NCBI GenBank assembly: GCA_963726255.1
Contig: CAVSBL010000002.1
Coordinates: forward strand, 576,001 to 640,000
Reading direction: 5' to 3'
DNA from: Candidatus Bathyarchaeota archaeon
GTDB taxonomy: Archaea > Thermoproteota > Bathyarchaeia > 40CM-2-53-6
DNA length: 64,000 nt
Of this stretch, positions 9,372-18,089 are shown piece by piece. Every line of letters starts with the position of its first letter. Within the stretch, counting starts at the first letter, position 1. The notes beneath the pieces are model-generated. The model was not told the DNA's origin. It searched no databases and saw only the letters and a list, made by a program, of their open reading frames with translations. The translations under genes and the position numbers were made by a program.

Positions 9372-11651
9372 CTAGGCCCAGTAGGTGACTGGCCACTCAG
9401 CATGGTTCGCCTGGCCGGAATCTCTCAACGCGGCTAAATCATATCCGAAGGGTAGTAGAAGGTTGACAGTTGAGGAAAGAAGCAGATCGACATACCTCTC
9501 TGAGTCGAAGACGGATCCTTCATCCATCAGCTCGGTGGGGAGAGCTCGGTTATGGTTTATTCTGGACTTGTCGTAGGTTAAGATGTAGTTGATTGTTTGC
9601 CCGGCGTGTACCTCCATGCCTTCCGCGGCGAGGTGCTTAGCCGCGATGGCTTGCGGAACCAGGTTTCTGTATTCGTTGGGATTCTTGCTGAGGTGTTTCT
9701 CGATCACGAGCTCTGCGACCGGAATGTTTCCGGTTCTGATTAGGTCAACGTATGACTTAACGACCGCCAGCACTTCGGGTATGAGCGCCATGAATTCCTC
9801 TGAATTGTTCGCCTTCGAGAGTGTGGTTAGCACATCCGTTTGACACCGCCTGACTATGCCGGCAGTGTCATGGCGGCGGAGGTCGATTCCTCTAACTTTG
9901 AGCTTGCCGTCCTGGAAGACTCCGTAGTACCGGTTGAGGACGGGGATTCGCGGGTCCGTTCGCGAGTTCAGGAACACAATCCACTTGTAGCGCCCCTCGA
10001 ACGCTATCGGGAAGTGCAGCTGCTCCTCTATCGTGCGGCATAGCTCCTCGTACTCATCTGGTGTTGCGTTAGGTTTCCAGAGCCACATCGAATCCACGAT
10101 GCCGTGTATGAGTTTGAAGCAATTGGATTCTGCAATCGCGACCGCTTCTCGCAGGATCTTCCGGGAGTAGGCACAGGTTGCGATGTGTGCGTCGATTCTC
10201 CCAAACCGCGCGTTCTTGAAGCCTAGGTATCCAATTGCCCGCCGCGTTCGAGGCGGCTATGAGCAGACTAGGATCCATTTGAGCGCGGCTTGGCGTTGAT
10301 CGTACCGCAACCTTGTAGGTGGGTCCATGGCTTCTTTTTTGTACTTCTTGTAAAGCGCACGTTTTCGGAGTAATATATCGAGCGACCTGGGTACTATGCC
10401 ATTCCATCTTTCACAAACATTCCACCCAAGCTCCGGTACTCGACTAACGGAGTCTGGGCAGCAGTTGCAGCGTATGGTTTCTCCGCTCAGGTTCATGTTG
10501 CGCATTATAGTTGGGTATAGGGAGGAGAAGTCGAGTTCGGCGACGGAGTCGTGTAGGCCGAATTTTGGTTCGTAAATGAAGCCACCGCGGTCCGCTAGTA
10601 TGAGTTCGTTTCCGTTCTTCCACTCCTCGGGCTCGTTCTTGTTCCAGGGGATTAATACGTCGGCTTTGACGGCGTGGTAGAGTTGGAGGGACGTCATGCT
10701 GGTGCCAATCGTCGTTCGCGAGGCCCTCTGCAATGGGATTATGCAGGTTCGGGCCACCTCGAAGAGACCTTCGAGGCCGCAGTCGCTGCTGATGAATCCA
10801 TTCGCCTCGTCCACATGCAACCGGCCCAGTAGTCTTGCGGCGGTTTGCTTGAAGAGTATCTTCCCGTACGAAAAGTAACTGTGGCCTTGCACTTCGTAAA
10901 CCCGAAGCGGCGAATCTTCCCTACCGAGAACCATTTTGTGGAGGATGTGGTGGTGTTGAGCACGCCTGGCCAAGTAGGGGAAAATGAAGGAGTCTCCGCC
11001 TTCCGTCAAGACTACATCCGGGTCAATCTCGCGGAAGGCTGTGACGAGTTTGTTGAGCTTGTCAAGTTCGCTGCCCGAGTCGAAAATTATGGTATCATTC
11101 TTGGTTTGGATTTTGATTAAGTCTAATTCATCTTCAAACCTTGAGATCCTGCAAGTCTTCTTAGTGCTGATTTCTAGCCGTATGTTTCGAAGTGTTGGCA
11201 GTTCGTAGTCGATTGTTTCACGGGAATCCTTGATGGTCCACTTAACGCGGCCATGAGATGCGTCAGCCTCGACGAACGCTAGGGGGAATAGGTCGTTGTG
11301 GTAGAGGTACATCTGAATTGATGGGATATCTACGTCGTAGAGCCTGAACTTCGAGTATCCACCATGCCGGAGGATCTTCCGTGCCAGAGTTTGGGCTTCT
11401 GATTCGTCGTTTACTTCAACTTCGAGAACGTTACTCTTAGTCTGGTCGCCTGCCCTCTCGAATTTCTCGACGAATGTGCATGATGGAATGAATGGTTGGA
11501 GGTTTAGGAGGTCGTCACGTTCTCCGCCAATGTGGATTCGCGGCTTCCAGCCGTCAACTAGCTTGACGCATGATCCGTCGCGCTGCTTGAGCCAGACAAC
11601 CATTTGGCTGGCTTTAGGGTAGAGATCCAAGATCCAGCCTTGATGTTTCAA
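9372..11651 (-). CDS. polB2: Family B DNA polymerase, PolB2 group; two exons (11651-10259 and 10234-9372), 751 aa after splicing
   Basis: ELDFSSLYPTIM (motif A); KWILVCS-[intron]-FGYLGFKNARFGRIDAH (motif B); HGIVDS in place of YGDTDS; NRYYG, KVRGIDLRRHD; the two track ORFs are in the same frame. Confidence 0.9.
10235..10258 (-). other. Putative 24-nt BHB pre-mRNA intron in polB2
   Basis: Sense GCUC-AU^A-GCCGC-CUCGAAC-GCGGC-GGGC-AA^U; removal gives TCA TTT GGA (S-F-G) and deletes the in-frame TAG. Confidence 0.85.
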
Positions 11652-11902
11652 AGGCCCCGCTCTTCGATTCGCTTCTCTAACTCGATGATTTTCTTGTGGT
11701 GCGCGAACAACATCGAAATAATCAGGGGCACCTGTTTTATTGGTGAGGCCATTACACTCGCCGCCGACGCTAGCAACTTACACTGATTCAACATATCTTC
11801 GAAAATGATTTTGTCTTCTTGCCTGAGAAATTCCTGAAACCTTTTCAATTTTTCAACCTCGGCCTCTACGACCATTCTCCATGACGGGATTGTTCGTCCC
11901 AT
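11648..11902 (-). CDS. PolB2-associated small alpha-helical protein (arCOG07300-like), 84 aa
   Basis: MGRTIPSWR...F..LR.ED...F..M motif; stop/start overlaps with the radA-like gene and polB2. Confidence 0.82.
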   Translation of the reverse strand: MGRTIPSWRMVVEAEVEKLKRFQEFLRQEDKIIFEDMLNQCKLLASAASVMASPIKQVPLIISMLFAHHKKIIELEKRIEERGL

Positions 11903-12651
11903 CACAGGTAACTCTCCAAAGTCTCTACCCCAAGCGAGGATGCTGTGGCGGTGCGTGGGGGAAGCCACGGATGTTTCAGTAGTGAAACTCGGGTCAGGCC
12001 GCCTTTTTCCTCGATTGTTGCGAAGACATGTACAGCCTGTGTAAGGATGCGATCCATTAGCGCGTTTCTTGATTCTATGTTCGTCGCAATTATCAGACAT
12101 TTTTGTTGTCGAGCGAGGCTTGCGAGATTTCTCGCGGCTTTCGCGAAAATGCGAAGTGCATCCTCTTTATCCTCGCCCCGTATATCCGGGTCGCAGTAGA
12201 GTTGCGTAATGTCGGAGACGACAACGAGTTTCGCCTTGAATTTCTTTATCGCAAGTTGGAGTTTGTCGGTTATGAGGCATGCGAGTTGGTGGTGGGTGAA
12301 AGCCCTACTGACATGCAGCCGTTCTAACACTGTCTCCGTGTCAAGGCCATGCTCAACTGAACGGTCTGAGATATAGTAAGGGTCGAAGAGGTTGCCGCCG
12401 TCAACGAATACCGTATCGCAGTCCGGACCCAATGGTTGCGGAAGTGTCGCCCTGACGCAGAGTAGCATAGAAAGGGCGTGTGCAGGTTTACCCTGAAACG
12501 TAGCAAACTGGCCGAAGTTGAGCCTCAAGATGCCGTCTAAGGCTTCCATGCCAGAGGTCAGATCAGGTTGCAACTGTTGACGCTTGCTTAGCAGAAGGTC
12601 GTTAACTTTGACGAAATTTTCGACAGCTACTTCACAATTCAATGGAGCCAT
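11902..12651 (-). CDS. RadA/RecA-fold protein lacking Walker A (PolB2-operon type)
   Basis: LTSGMEALDGIL, VFVDGGNLFDPY, LERLHVSRAFTHHQL, LVVVSDI; ATG at 12651 preferred over the track start. Confidence 0.82.
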   Translation of the reverse strand: MAPLNCEVAVENFVKVNDLLLSKRQQLQPDLTSGMEALDGILRLNFGQFATFQGKPAHALSMLLCVRATLPQPLGPDCDTVFVDGGNLFDPYYISDRSVEHGLDTETVLERLHVSRAFTHHQLACLITDKLQLAIKKFKAKLVVVSDITQLYCDPDIRGEDKEDALRIFAKAARNLASLARQQKCLIIATNIESRNALMDRILTQAVHVFATIEEKGGLTRVSLLKHPWLPPRTATASSLGVETLESYL

Positions 12652-12677
12652 AGAATTGCCGTGAAGAATGCAAGCAG

Positions 12678-12717
12678 ATAATCTGGGAGACCAGATTATG
12701 CGCATCTCTGTCAGAGA
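12678..12717. promoter_or_regulatory. Two palindromes upstream of the polB2 operon (candidate operator or 5' UTR hairpins)
   Basis: ATAATCTGG-gaga-CCAGATTAT (12678-12699) and TCTCTG-t-CAGAGA (12705-12717); minus-strand TTTACAT at ~12725-12731. Confidence 0.5.
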
Positions 12718-12793
12718 CACGTGAATGTAAAGCGTTCTGCATTTTGAGGCGTTCACTGAGGCTGGAAGTTGTTACGGAGTAAGGTGGTTCAAC

Positions 12794-13768
12794 CTACCGT
12801 CTTGCGAGTCGCTTATTGACTAACTTGCGGCCGGCAGAGTAAGGGTCGATTTTGTTCGCCGCTACCTGTTTCATGATTTTCCGGAATGTTTCTGACGATG
12901 CCATTTCCTTCAGCGATATGTCCTCAAAGTATTGCTGGGCTGCATCGAGCACTTCGGATCGCAACCAATTCTCATCTGCCCTGCGTGATCCAACTGATTC
13001 TTTTACGTACTTTGAGTGTTGGTTTATTGCTTCTATAAGCCCCGTAACTCCTTCTCCCGACCTTGCAATAGTCTTCAAGACGCGGGGTCGCCAACCGGTA
13101 ACCGGTTCGGCCATCATGACCATTTGGTGAATTTGCTGGGCCGCTCGTTCCGCATTTTCCATATCGGCCTTATTGACGACGAAGATGTCACCGATTTCCA
13201 TAATGCCCGCTTTTAATGCTTGAATCTCATCGCCTAACCCGGGTGCGGTTACGACGATTGTGGTATGGGCGAGTTCTTTTACGTCGACATCGGATTGGCC
13301 CGCTCCAGCTGTTTCAACGATAACGTAGTCCATTGCGGTTGCGTCTAAGATTCGAACCGCGTCTTCTGTTGCCCTGGCGATTCCGCCGAAATGGCCGCGA
13401 GTAGCCATGCTTCTAATGAACACTCGAGGATCTGCTGCTAGGTTTCCCATCCTAATTCGATCTCCCAGCAAGGCACCACCTGTTATCTGACTTGATGGGT
13501 CAACGGCTACGATTCCAACTCTGCTGCCAGCATCTCTGTATCGCTCTGCAAGTTGTGCGATGAGCGTGCTCTTTCCGCAGCCTGGGGGGCCCGTTATGCC
13601 GATAACCTGAGCCTTGCCCGCACGCCAATACAGGCTAGAAAGAATCACAATTCTTGAACGGGGATCATTCTCGGCTGTTGACATTAGCTGGGATATGGCA
13701 CGCCGGTCGCCGTGTACAGCTTTTTGAATTAGTCTTTCAACGGGTGATTTCGTATGCGGCTTGGGCAC
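12794..13768 (-). CDS. meaB: Methylmalonyl-CoA mutase-associated GTPase
   Basis: GITGPPGCGKST, AVDPSS..TGGALLGDRIRM, FIRSMATRG, ETAGAGQS, VVNKAD. Confidence 0.95.
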   Translation of the reverse strand: MPKPHTKSPVERLIQKAVHGDRRAISQLMSTAENDPRSRIVILSSLYWRAGKAQVIGITGPPGCGKSTLIAQLAERYRDAGSRVGIVAVDPSSQITGGALLGDRIRMGNLAADPRVFIRSMATRGHFGGIARATEDAVRILDATAMDYVIVETAGAGQSDVDVKELAHTTIVVTAPGLGDEIQALKAGIMEIGDIFVVNKADMENAERAAQQIHQMVMMAEPVTGWRPRVLKTIARSGEGVTGLIEAINQHSKYVKESVGSRRADENWLRSEVLDAAQQYFEDISLKEMASSETFRKIMKQVAANKIDPYSAGRKLVNKRLARR

Positions 13769-13792
13769 GAATGTGAGCGCCTCGTCATTTTC

Positions 13793-15381
13793 CTAGATGA
13801 TCGTCTTGGGATGGAACTCTCCATACTCTTCTCTTATGACATCGCTTATTTCGCCAGTAGTAGCCTTAGACCTCACGGCGTCGAATATCAAAGGTATTAC
13901 GTTGATGTTCCGCTCAAGAGCATTCTGAAGCTTTCTGAGGCTACGAAGCAGCTGAGTTTTCCGACGGTTTCGTCTGAAAGCTTCTGTGCGGGAAATCTGC
14001 CGACGTACTACCAGGGGGAGATCTTATGAATCTTGATTTGATACGGTTTCGGGTCAACATATACGTTGACCCCAACAATTTTGATTGCGCCAGATTCTAT
14101 TCCAATTTGCCTCTTGAAAGCGCTATCGCGAATCTGCTTTTGAATATACCCACTCTGAATCGCTTTAACAGATCCTCCCAGTTTTTCAACTCGACCTATT
14201 TCAGCCCGGGCCTCATTTTCCATCTGGCTCGTGAGGTATTCGAGGTAGTAGCTTCCGCCCAAGGCGTCAACTGTCTTCGTAACACCACTTTCGTGGGCAA
14301 TTATCTGCTGCGTTCGAAGGGCTATTTTCACGGCTTCTTCTGTAGGCAGGGATAACGCTTCGTCAAGGGAATTTGTGTGCAGCGACTGTGTTCCCCCTAA
14401 GACTGCCGCCAGAGCTTGGATGGCTACTCGGACGATGTTATTCTGCGGTTGCTGGGCAGTGAGCGTTTCTCCGCTGGTTTGCGTGTGGAAGCGTAATTTC
14501 ATCGCCTCCGGGTCATTTGCGTGAAATTCCTCTTTCATCATGTGTGCCCATATGCGGCGGGCTGCCCGGAATTTGGCTACTTCTTCTAGGAAATCGTTGT
14601 GGCATGCAAAAAAGAAGGACAGATGCGGCGCGAACTCGTCGATCTTCAACCCGCGTTGGATGCAAGCTCTCACGTACTCCTTTGCGTTCGCAAATGCGTA
14701 AGCGAGTTCTTGGACCGCGCTTGAGCCGCTTTCTCTGATGTGATATCCGCTTATGCTGATCGGGTGCCACATCGGCATTCTCTTGGCGCAAAATTCGATA
14801 ATGTCCACGGACAGCCTCAACGATTGCTCGGGAGGAAAGATGTAGGTATTGCGCGCTATGTACTCCTTGAGGATGTCATTCTGTGTCGTTCCACGCAGTC
14901 GTCCAAGCGGGACTCCCTGCGATGTTCCGACCGATGCGTACATTGCTAACATTATGGCAGCCGTGGCGTTGATGGTCATCGAAGTACTGATCCTTCCAAG
15001 GTCGATTCCCTGGAAGAGTAGTCTCATGTCATTCACAGAACTGATCGGTACTCCTACCCGACCGACTTCTCCTTCAGCCCGAGGGCTGTCGGAATCATAG
15101 CCCAATTGAGTTGGAAGGTCAAAGGCAACGCTAAGCCCCGTTTGTCCTTGTTTAATCAGGAATCTGAAACGCCGATTCGTAGCCTCGGCGCTGCCAAACC
15201 CGGAATATTGCCTCATCGTCCAAAGTCGGGAACGGTACATCTCGGAGTAGATTCCGCGCGTAAAGGGGAATTTCCCCGGTTCGCCCAAATTGCGTTCGAG
15301 GTACCGTGGGTCAGAATCCCTTTGGTCGTAGAACTTTTTCACTGCAAAGCCCGAAGCAGAGAAGATCCTTTCTTCTTTCAA
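13793..15381 (-). CDS. Methylmalonyl-CoA mutase large subunit; one base missing in a homopolymer at 14014-14018
   Basis: PFTRG, TMRQYSGF, QNDILKEYIARNTY, SISGYHIRE, GGTQSLHTN; the C-terminus ...ATTGEISDVIREEYGEFHPKTII* continues in another frame to 13793. Confidence 0.9.
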
Positions 15382-15491
15382 AGTTGGACGAACCTCCTAG
15401 TGGACCTAGCACGTATATGACTTTGAAGGGAAAAGCCCTCAAATCACCCAAAAGAACATTAACGCCCATCTTCTGAAGTTTCTAAGTTCGT

Positions 15492-17261
15492 GTGGAACAA
15501 ATGCCGCCGAAGAGAAAAATGAATTACTGGGCGAAGAAAGTTGAGCAAATAGTAGCCGCGAGAAAACGACAAGGCCCACTTTACGATCGCAAGCAGCTTC
15601 GTTCGATAGTTGAAAAACAGCGCAAATGGAAAGAAGGCACGCTAAAGAAATGGTTGGCGAAGGCGCCCGAGCGCAAGGAAGAATTCGAGAACCCGTCCGG
15701 AATCCCCCTAAGACGGATATACAGTCCTACGGACGTGTCGTACCAAGCTTATTCCGAGAACGTTGGACTCCCGGGCGAATTTCCATACACCCGCGGGGTC
15801 CACCCAACCATGTACCGGGGCCGGCTATGGACTATGCGAATGTTCTCCGGTTACGGTACTCCCGAGCAAACCAACGCACGACTCAAGTACCTTCTGAAGG
15901 AAGGCGAGACTGGACTGAGCATTGCTTTCGACATGCCGACTTTGTATGGCGTTGACGCAGACCATCCAAGGGCTGAGGGAGAGGTTGGCAAGTGCGGTGT
16001 TTCGGTATCCTCACTTAGAGACATGGAAGTGGTCCTCGATGGCATTCCGCTCGATGAAGTCAGCACTTCAATGACGATCAACGCGCCTGCTTCTGTTCTA
16101 ACCTGTATGTATGTTGCAGCCGCTGATGAACGCGGGATAGCGCCGAAGAAACTGCGCGGCACGGTGCAAACCGACATTCTCAAGGAGTATGCAGCCCAAA
16201 AGGAGTGGGTGTACCCACCCGAAGCTCACCTCAGAATCATCCGCGACATGATTCTGTACTCCACAAAGCACCTCCCACAATGGAACTACGTCAGCGTAAG
16301 CGGATACCATATTCGCGAAGCGGGTTCAAGTGCCCTACAGGAATTGGCTTTCACTTTGGCCGATGGGTTTGCCTACGTTGACCTAGGACTGCAAGCTGGG
16401 TTGAAAGTAGACGATTTCGTCCCCAGGCTATCCTTTTTCTTTAACTGTGGTATGGACTTCTTTGAAGAGATTGCGAAATTTCGGGCTGCCCGACGGGTTT
16501 GGTCTAAAGTTCTCAAAGAAAAATATAATGCGAGAAACCCCAGGTCAACGTTAATGCGGTTTCACACTCAGACCTCAGGCGTGTCTTTGACATGGCAACA
16601 ACCACTCAACAACATTGTAAGAACTACTATTGAGGCCTTAGCCGCAGTTTTGGGCGGAACACAATCATTGCACACGAATGCGTACGATGAGGCATGGGCT
16701 CTACCTACAGAGCAAGCCGCTCTAATTGCCCTGAGAAGCCAACAACTCTTGGCTGAAGAGACCGGGGTTGCTGACGTCATTGACCCCCTCGGTGGATCAT
16801 ACTATGTTGAATGGCTAACGGATGAAATGGAGCAGCGAACATACGAGTATCTTGCAAAAATCGAGGGCCTCGGCGGTATTCTGGCTGCCATCAAGACAGG
16901 TTTCATTCAGAGGGAAATCGCAGATACTTCATACAAGTATCAAAGGCAGATGGAAGAAGGCAAAAGGGTTATTGTGGGAGTTAACGCCCACCAAATGAAT
17001 GAAGCATCTCCTATTGAAACGCTAAGAATCGACGAAAAGATACGCAACAGCCAAGTCGAGAGGTTGAAAGAAGTCAAGAAAAACAGGGATGCTACAGCAG
17101 TGAAAAACTCTTTAGAAGAACTCCGCTTATCTTTCCTGGATCCTGATTCGAACTGCATCTACCCGATGCTTAAGGCCGTAAAATCCTATGCAACATTAGG
17201 AGAAATTGTGGACGTTGGAAGAAGGGTGTTCGGGGACTGGAAGGAGCCCTCGATACTGTGA
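15492..17261 (+). CDS. Acyl-CoA mutase large subunit with isobutyryl-CoA mutase (IcmA)-type specificity residues
   Basis: PYTRG, TMRMFSGY (Phe at the Tyr89-equivalent site), QTDILKEYAAQKEW (Gln at the Arg207-equivalent site), GGTQSLHTN. Confidence 0.88.
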   Translation: MEQMPPKRKMNYWAKKVEQIVAARKRQGPLYDRKQLRSIVEKQRKWKEGTLKKWLAKAPERKEEFENPSGIPLRRIYSPTDVSYQAYSENVGLPGEFPYTRGVHPTMYRGRLWTMRMFSGYGTPEQTNARLKYLLKEGETGLSIAFDMPTLYGVDADHPRAEGEVGKCGVSVSSLRDMEVVLDGIPLDEVSTSMTINAPASVLTCMYVAAADERGIAPKKLRGTVQTDILKEYAAQKEWVYPPEAHLRIIRDMILYSTKHLPQWNYVSVSGYHIREAGSSALQELAFTLADGFAYVDLGLQAGLKVDDFVPRLSFFFNCGMDFFEEIAKFRAARRVWSKVLKEKYNARNPRSTLMRFHTQTSGVSLTWQQPLNNIVRTTIEALAAVLGGTQSLHTNAYDEAWALPTEQAALIALRSQQLLAEETGVADVIDPLGGSYYVEWLTDEMEQRTYEYLAKIEGLGGILAAIKTGFIQREIADTSYKYQRQMEEGKRVIVGVNAHQMNEASPIETLRIDEKIRNSQVERLKEVKKNRDATAVKNSLEELRLSFLDPDSNCIYPMLKAVKSYATLGEIVDVGRRVFGDWKEPSIL

Positions 17262-17293
17262 AGTTTGGAGGTGGGACAATCTCGACAACACGG

Positions 17294-17736
17294 TTGACGA
17301 CCAAGAAAATTCAGCAGAGAAAGATTAGGGTGCTTGTGGCAAAGCCCGGGCTCGTGTGAATCAACGGCTAAACGGGCATGACCGTGGCGCCCTCGTCTTG
17401 TGTAGGGCCCTCCGAGATGCTGGTATGGAGGTCATCTACGCCGGACTCTTAGCCGGCCCAGAGCAAGTTGCTCAAATGGCCATAGACGAAGACGTTGACG
17501 TTGTTGCGATGAGCTTGCTCAACGGCGCACACATGACCGCCTTCCCGAAGGTCGCAAAGGCACTCAAGGAACATCAGGCAGGCGACATCCTGCTTGTAGG
17601 GGGCGGCATTATCCCTGAAGAGGATAAACCGAAACTCGAGAGATTGGGTATAACGGGGAATTTCGGCCCAGGCACCTCTCTGCAGACGATCATCAATCAC
17701 ATAGTAGGACGCGTTCGGAAGGAACGTTGGAAGTAG
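17294..17736 (+). CDS. Cobalamin-binding small subunit of acyl-CoA mutase; two exons (17294-17354 and 17372-17736), about 141 aa
   Basis: Spliced KIRVLVAKPGLDGHDRGA (DxHxxG), LRDAGMEVIY, SLLNGAH, GGGIIP, FGPGT; TTG start is inferred. Confidence 0.9.
17355..17371 (+). other. Putative 17-nt BHB pre-mRNA intron in the B12-binding subunit gene
   Basis: GCCCG-GGCU-CG^U-GUGAAUCAAC-GGCU-AA^A-CGGGC; removal gives CTC GAC GGG CAT (L-D-G-H). Confidence 0.87.
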
Positions 17737-18089
17737 CCGTTCTATTTAGCCCGTCAGCTTACCTTTTCGAGATGTTCAAATTCTAGCATGGAGCCAGTTC
17801 GATTTGATTTTTTGTTTGAAAACCACGTGCACTTCGTCGCCTACGGCGACTTGACCCTTTGTCTTGTGAACTATGCCGCCATGGGAGGGAAAACGGACCA
17901 GCGCGACTGTGACTGGTTCTGAGAGATTCGGATATGAGGGTATCTTTGAACGCTTTTCAGGTCTCGAGACAATCTCTTCCTGCGTAACCTCACGACTTCA
18001 ACGAGGTTCTGATAACTGGACAATAATCTTCATTATTGGCAACTAGCATTCGCAATGCGAACGCGCAGGGATTCGAGGATCAATTTAGA

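Noticed and set aside
10257-10259. Amber read-through or pyrrolysine at the in-frame TAG of polB2
   Set aside because: Read-through would put *PPRTRRAI in place of the conserved Phe of motif B; BHB excision restores the motif exactly; no pyl genes are seen
14008-14020. Mutase truncation or pseudogene
   Set aside because: One base missing in a G5/C5 run with an intact downstream frame; typical long-read homopolymer error
17356-17375. Track ORF start MNQRLNGH as the real N-terminus
   Set aside because: It starts inside the intron and lacks the first beta-strand and the Asp of DxHxxG
17740-18030. Cobalamin riboswitch or ncRNA in the intergenic gap (GTCGCC-TAC-GGCGAC hairpin)
   Set aside because: No B12-box consensus recognised; one short hairpin is insufficient; an Rfam/Infernal scan would settle it
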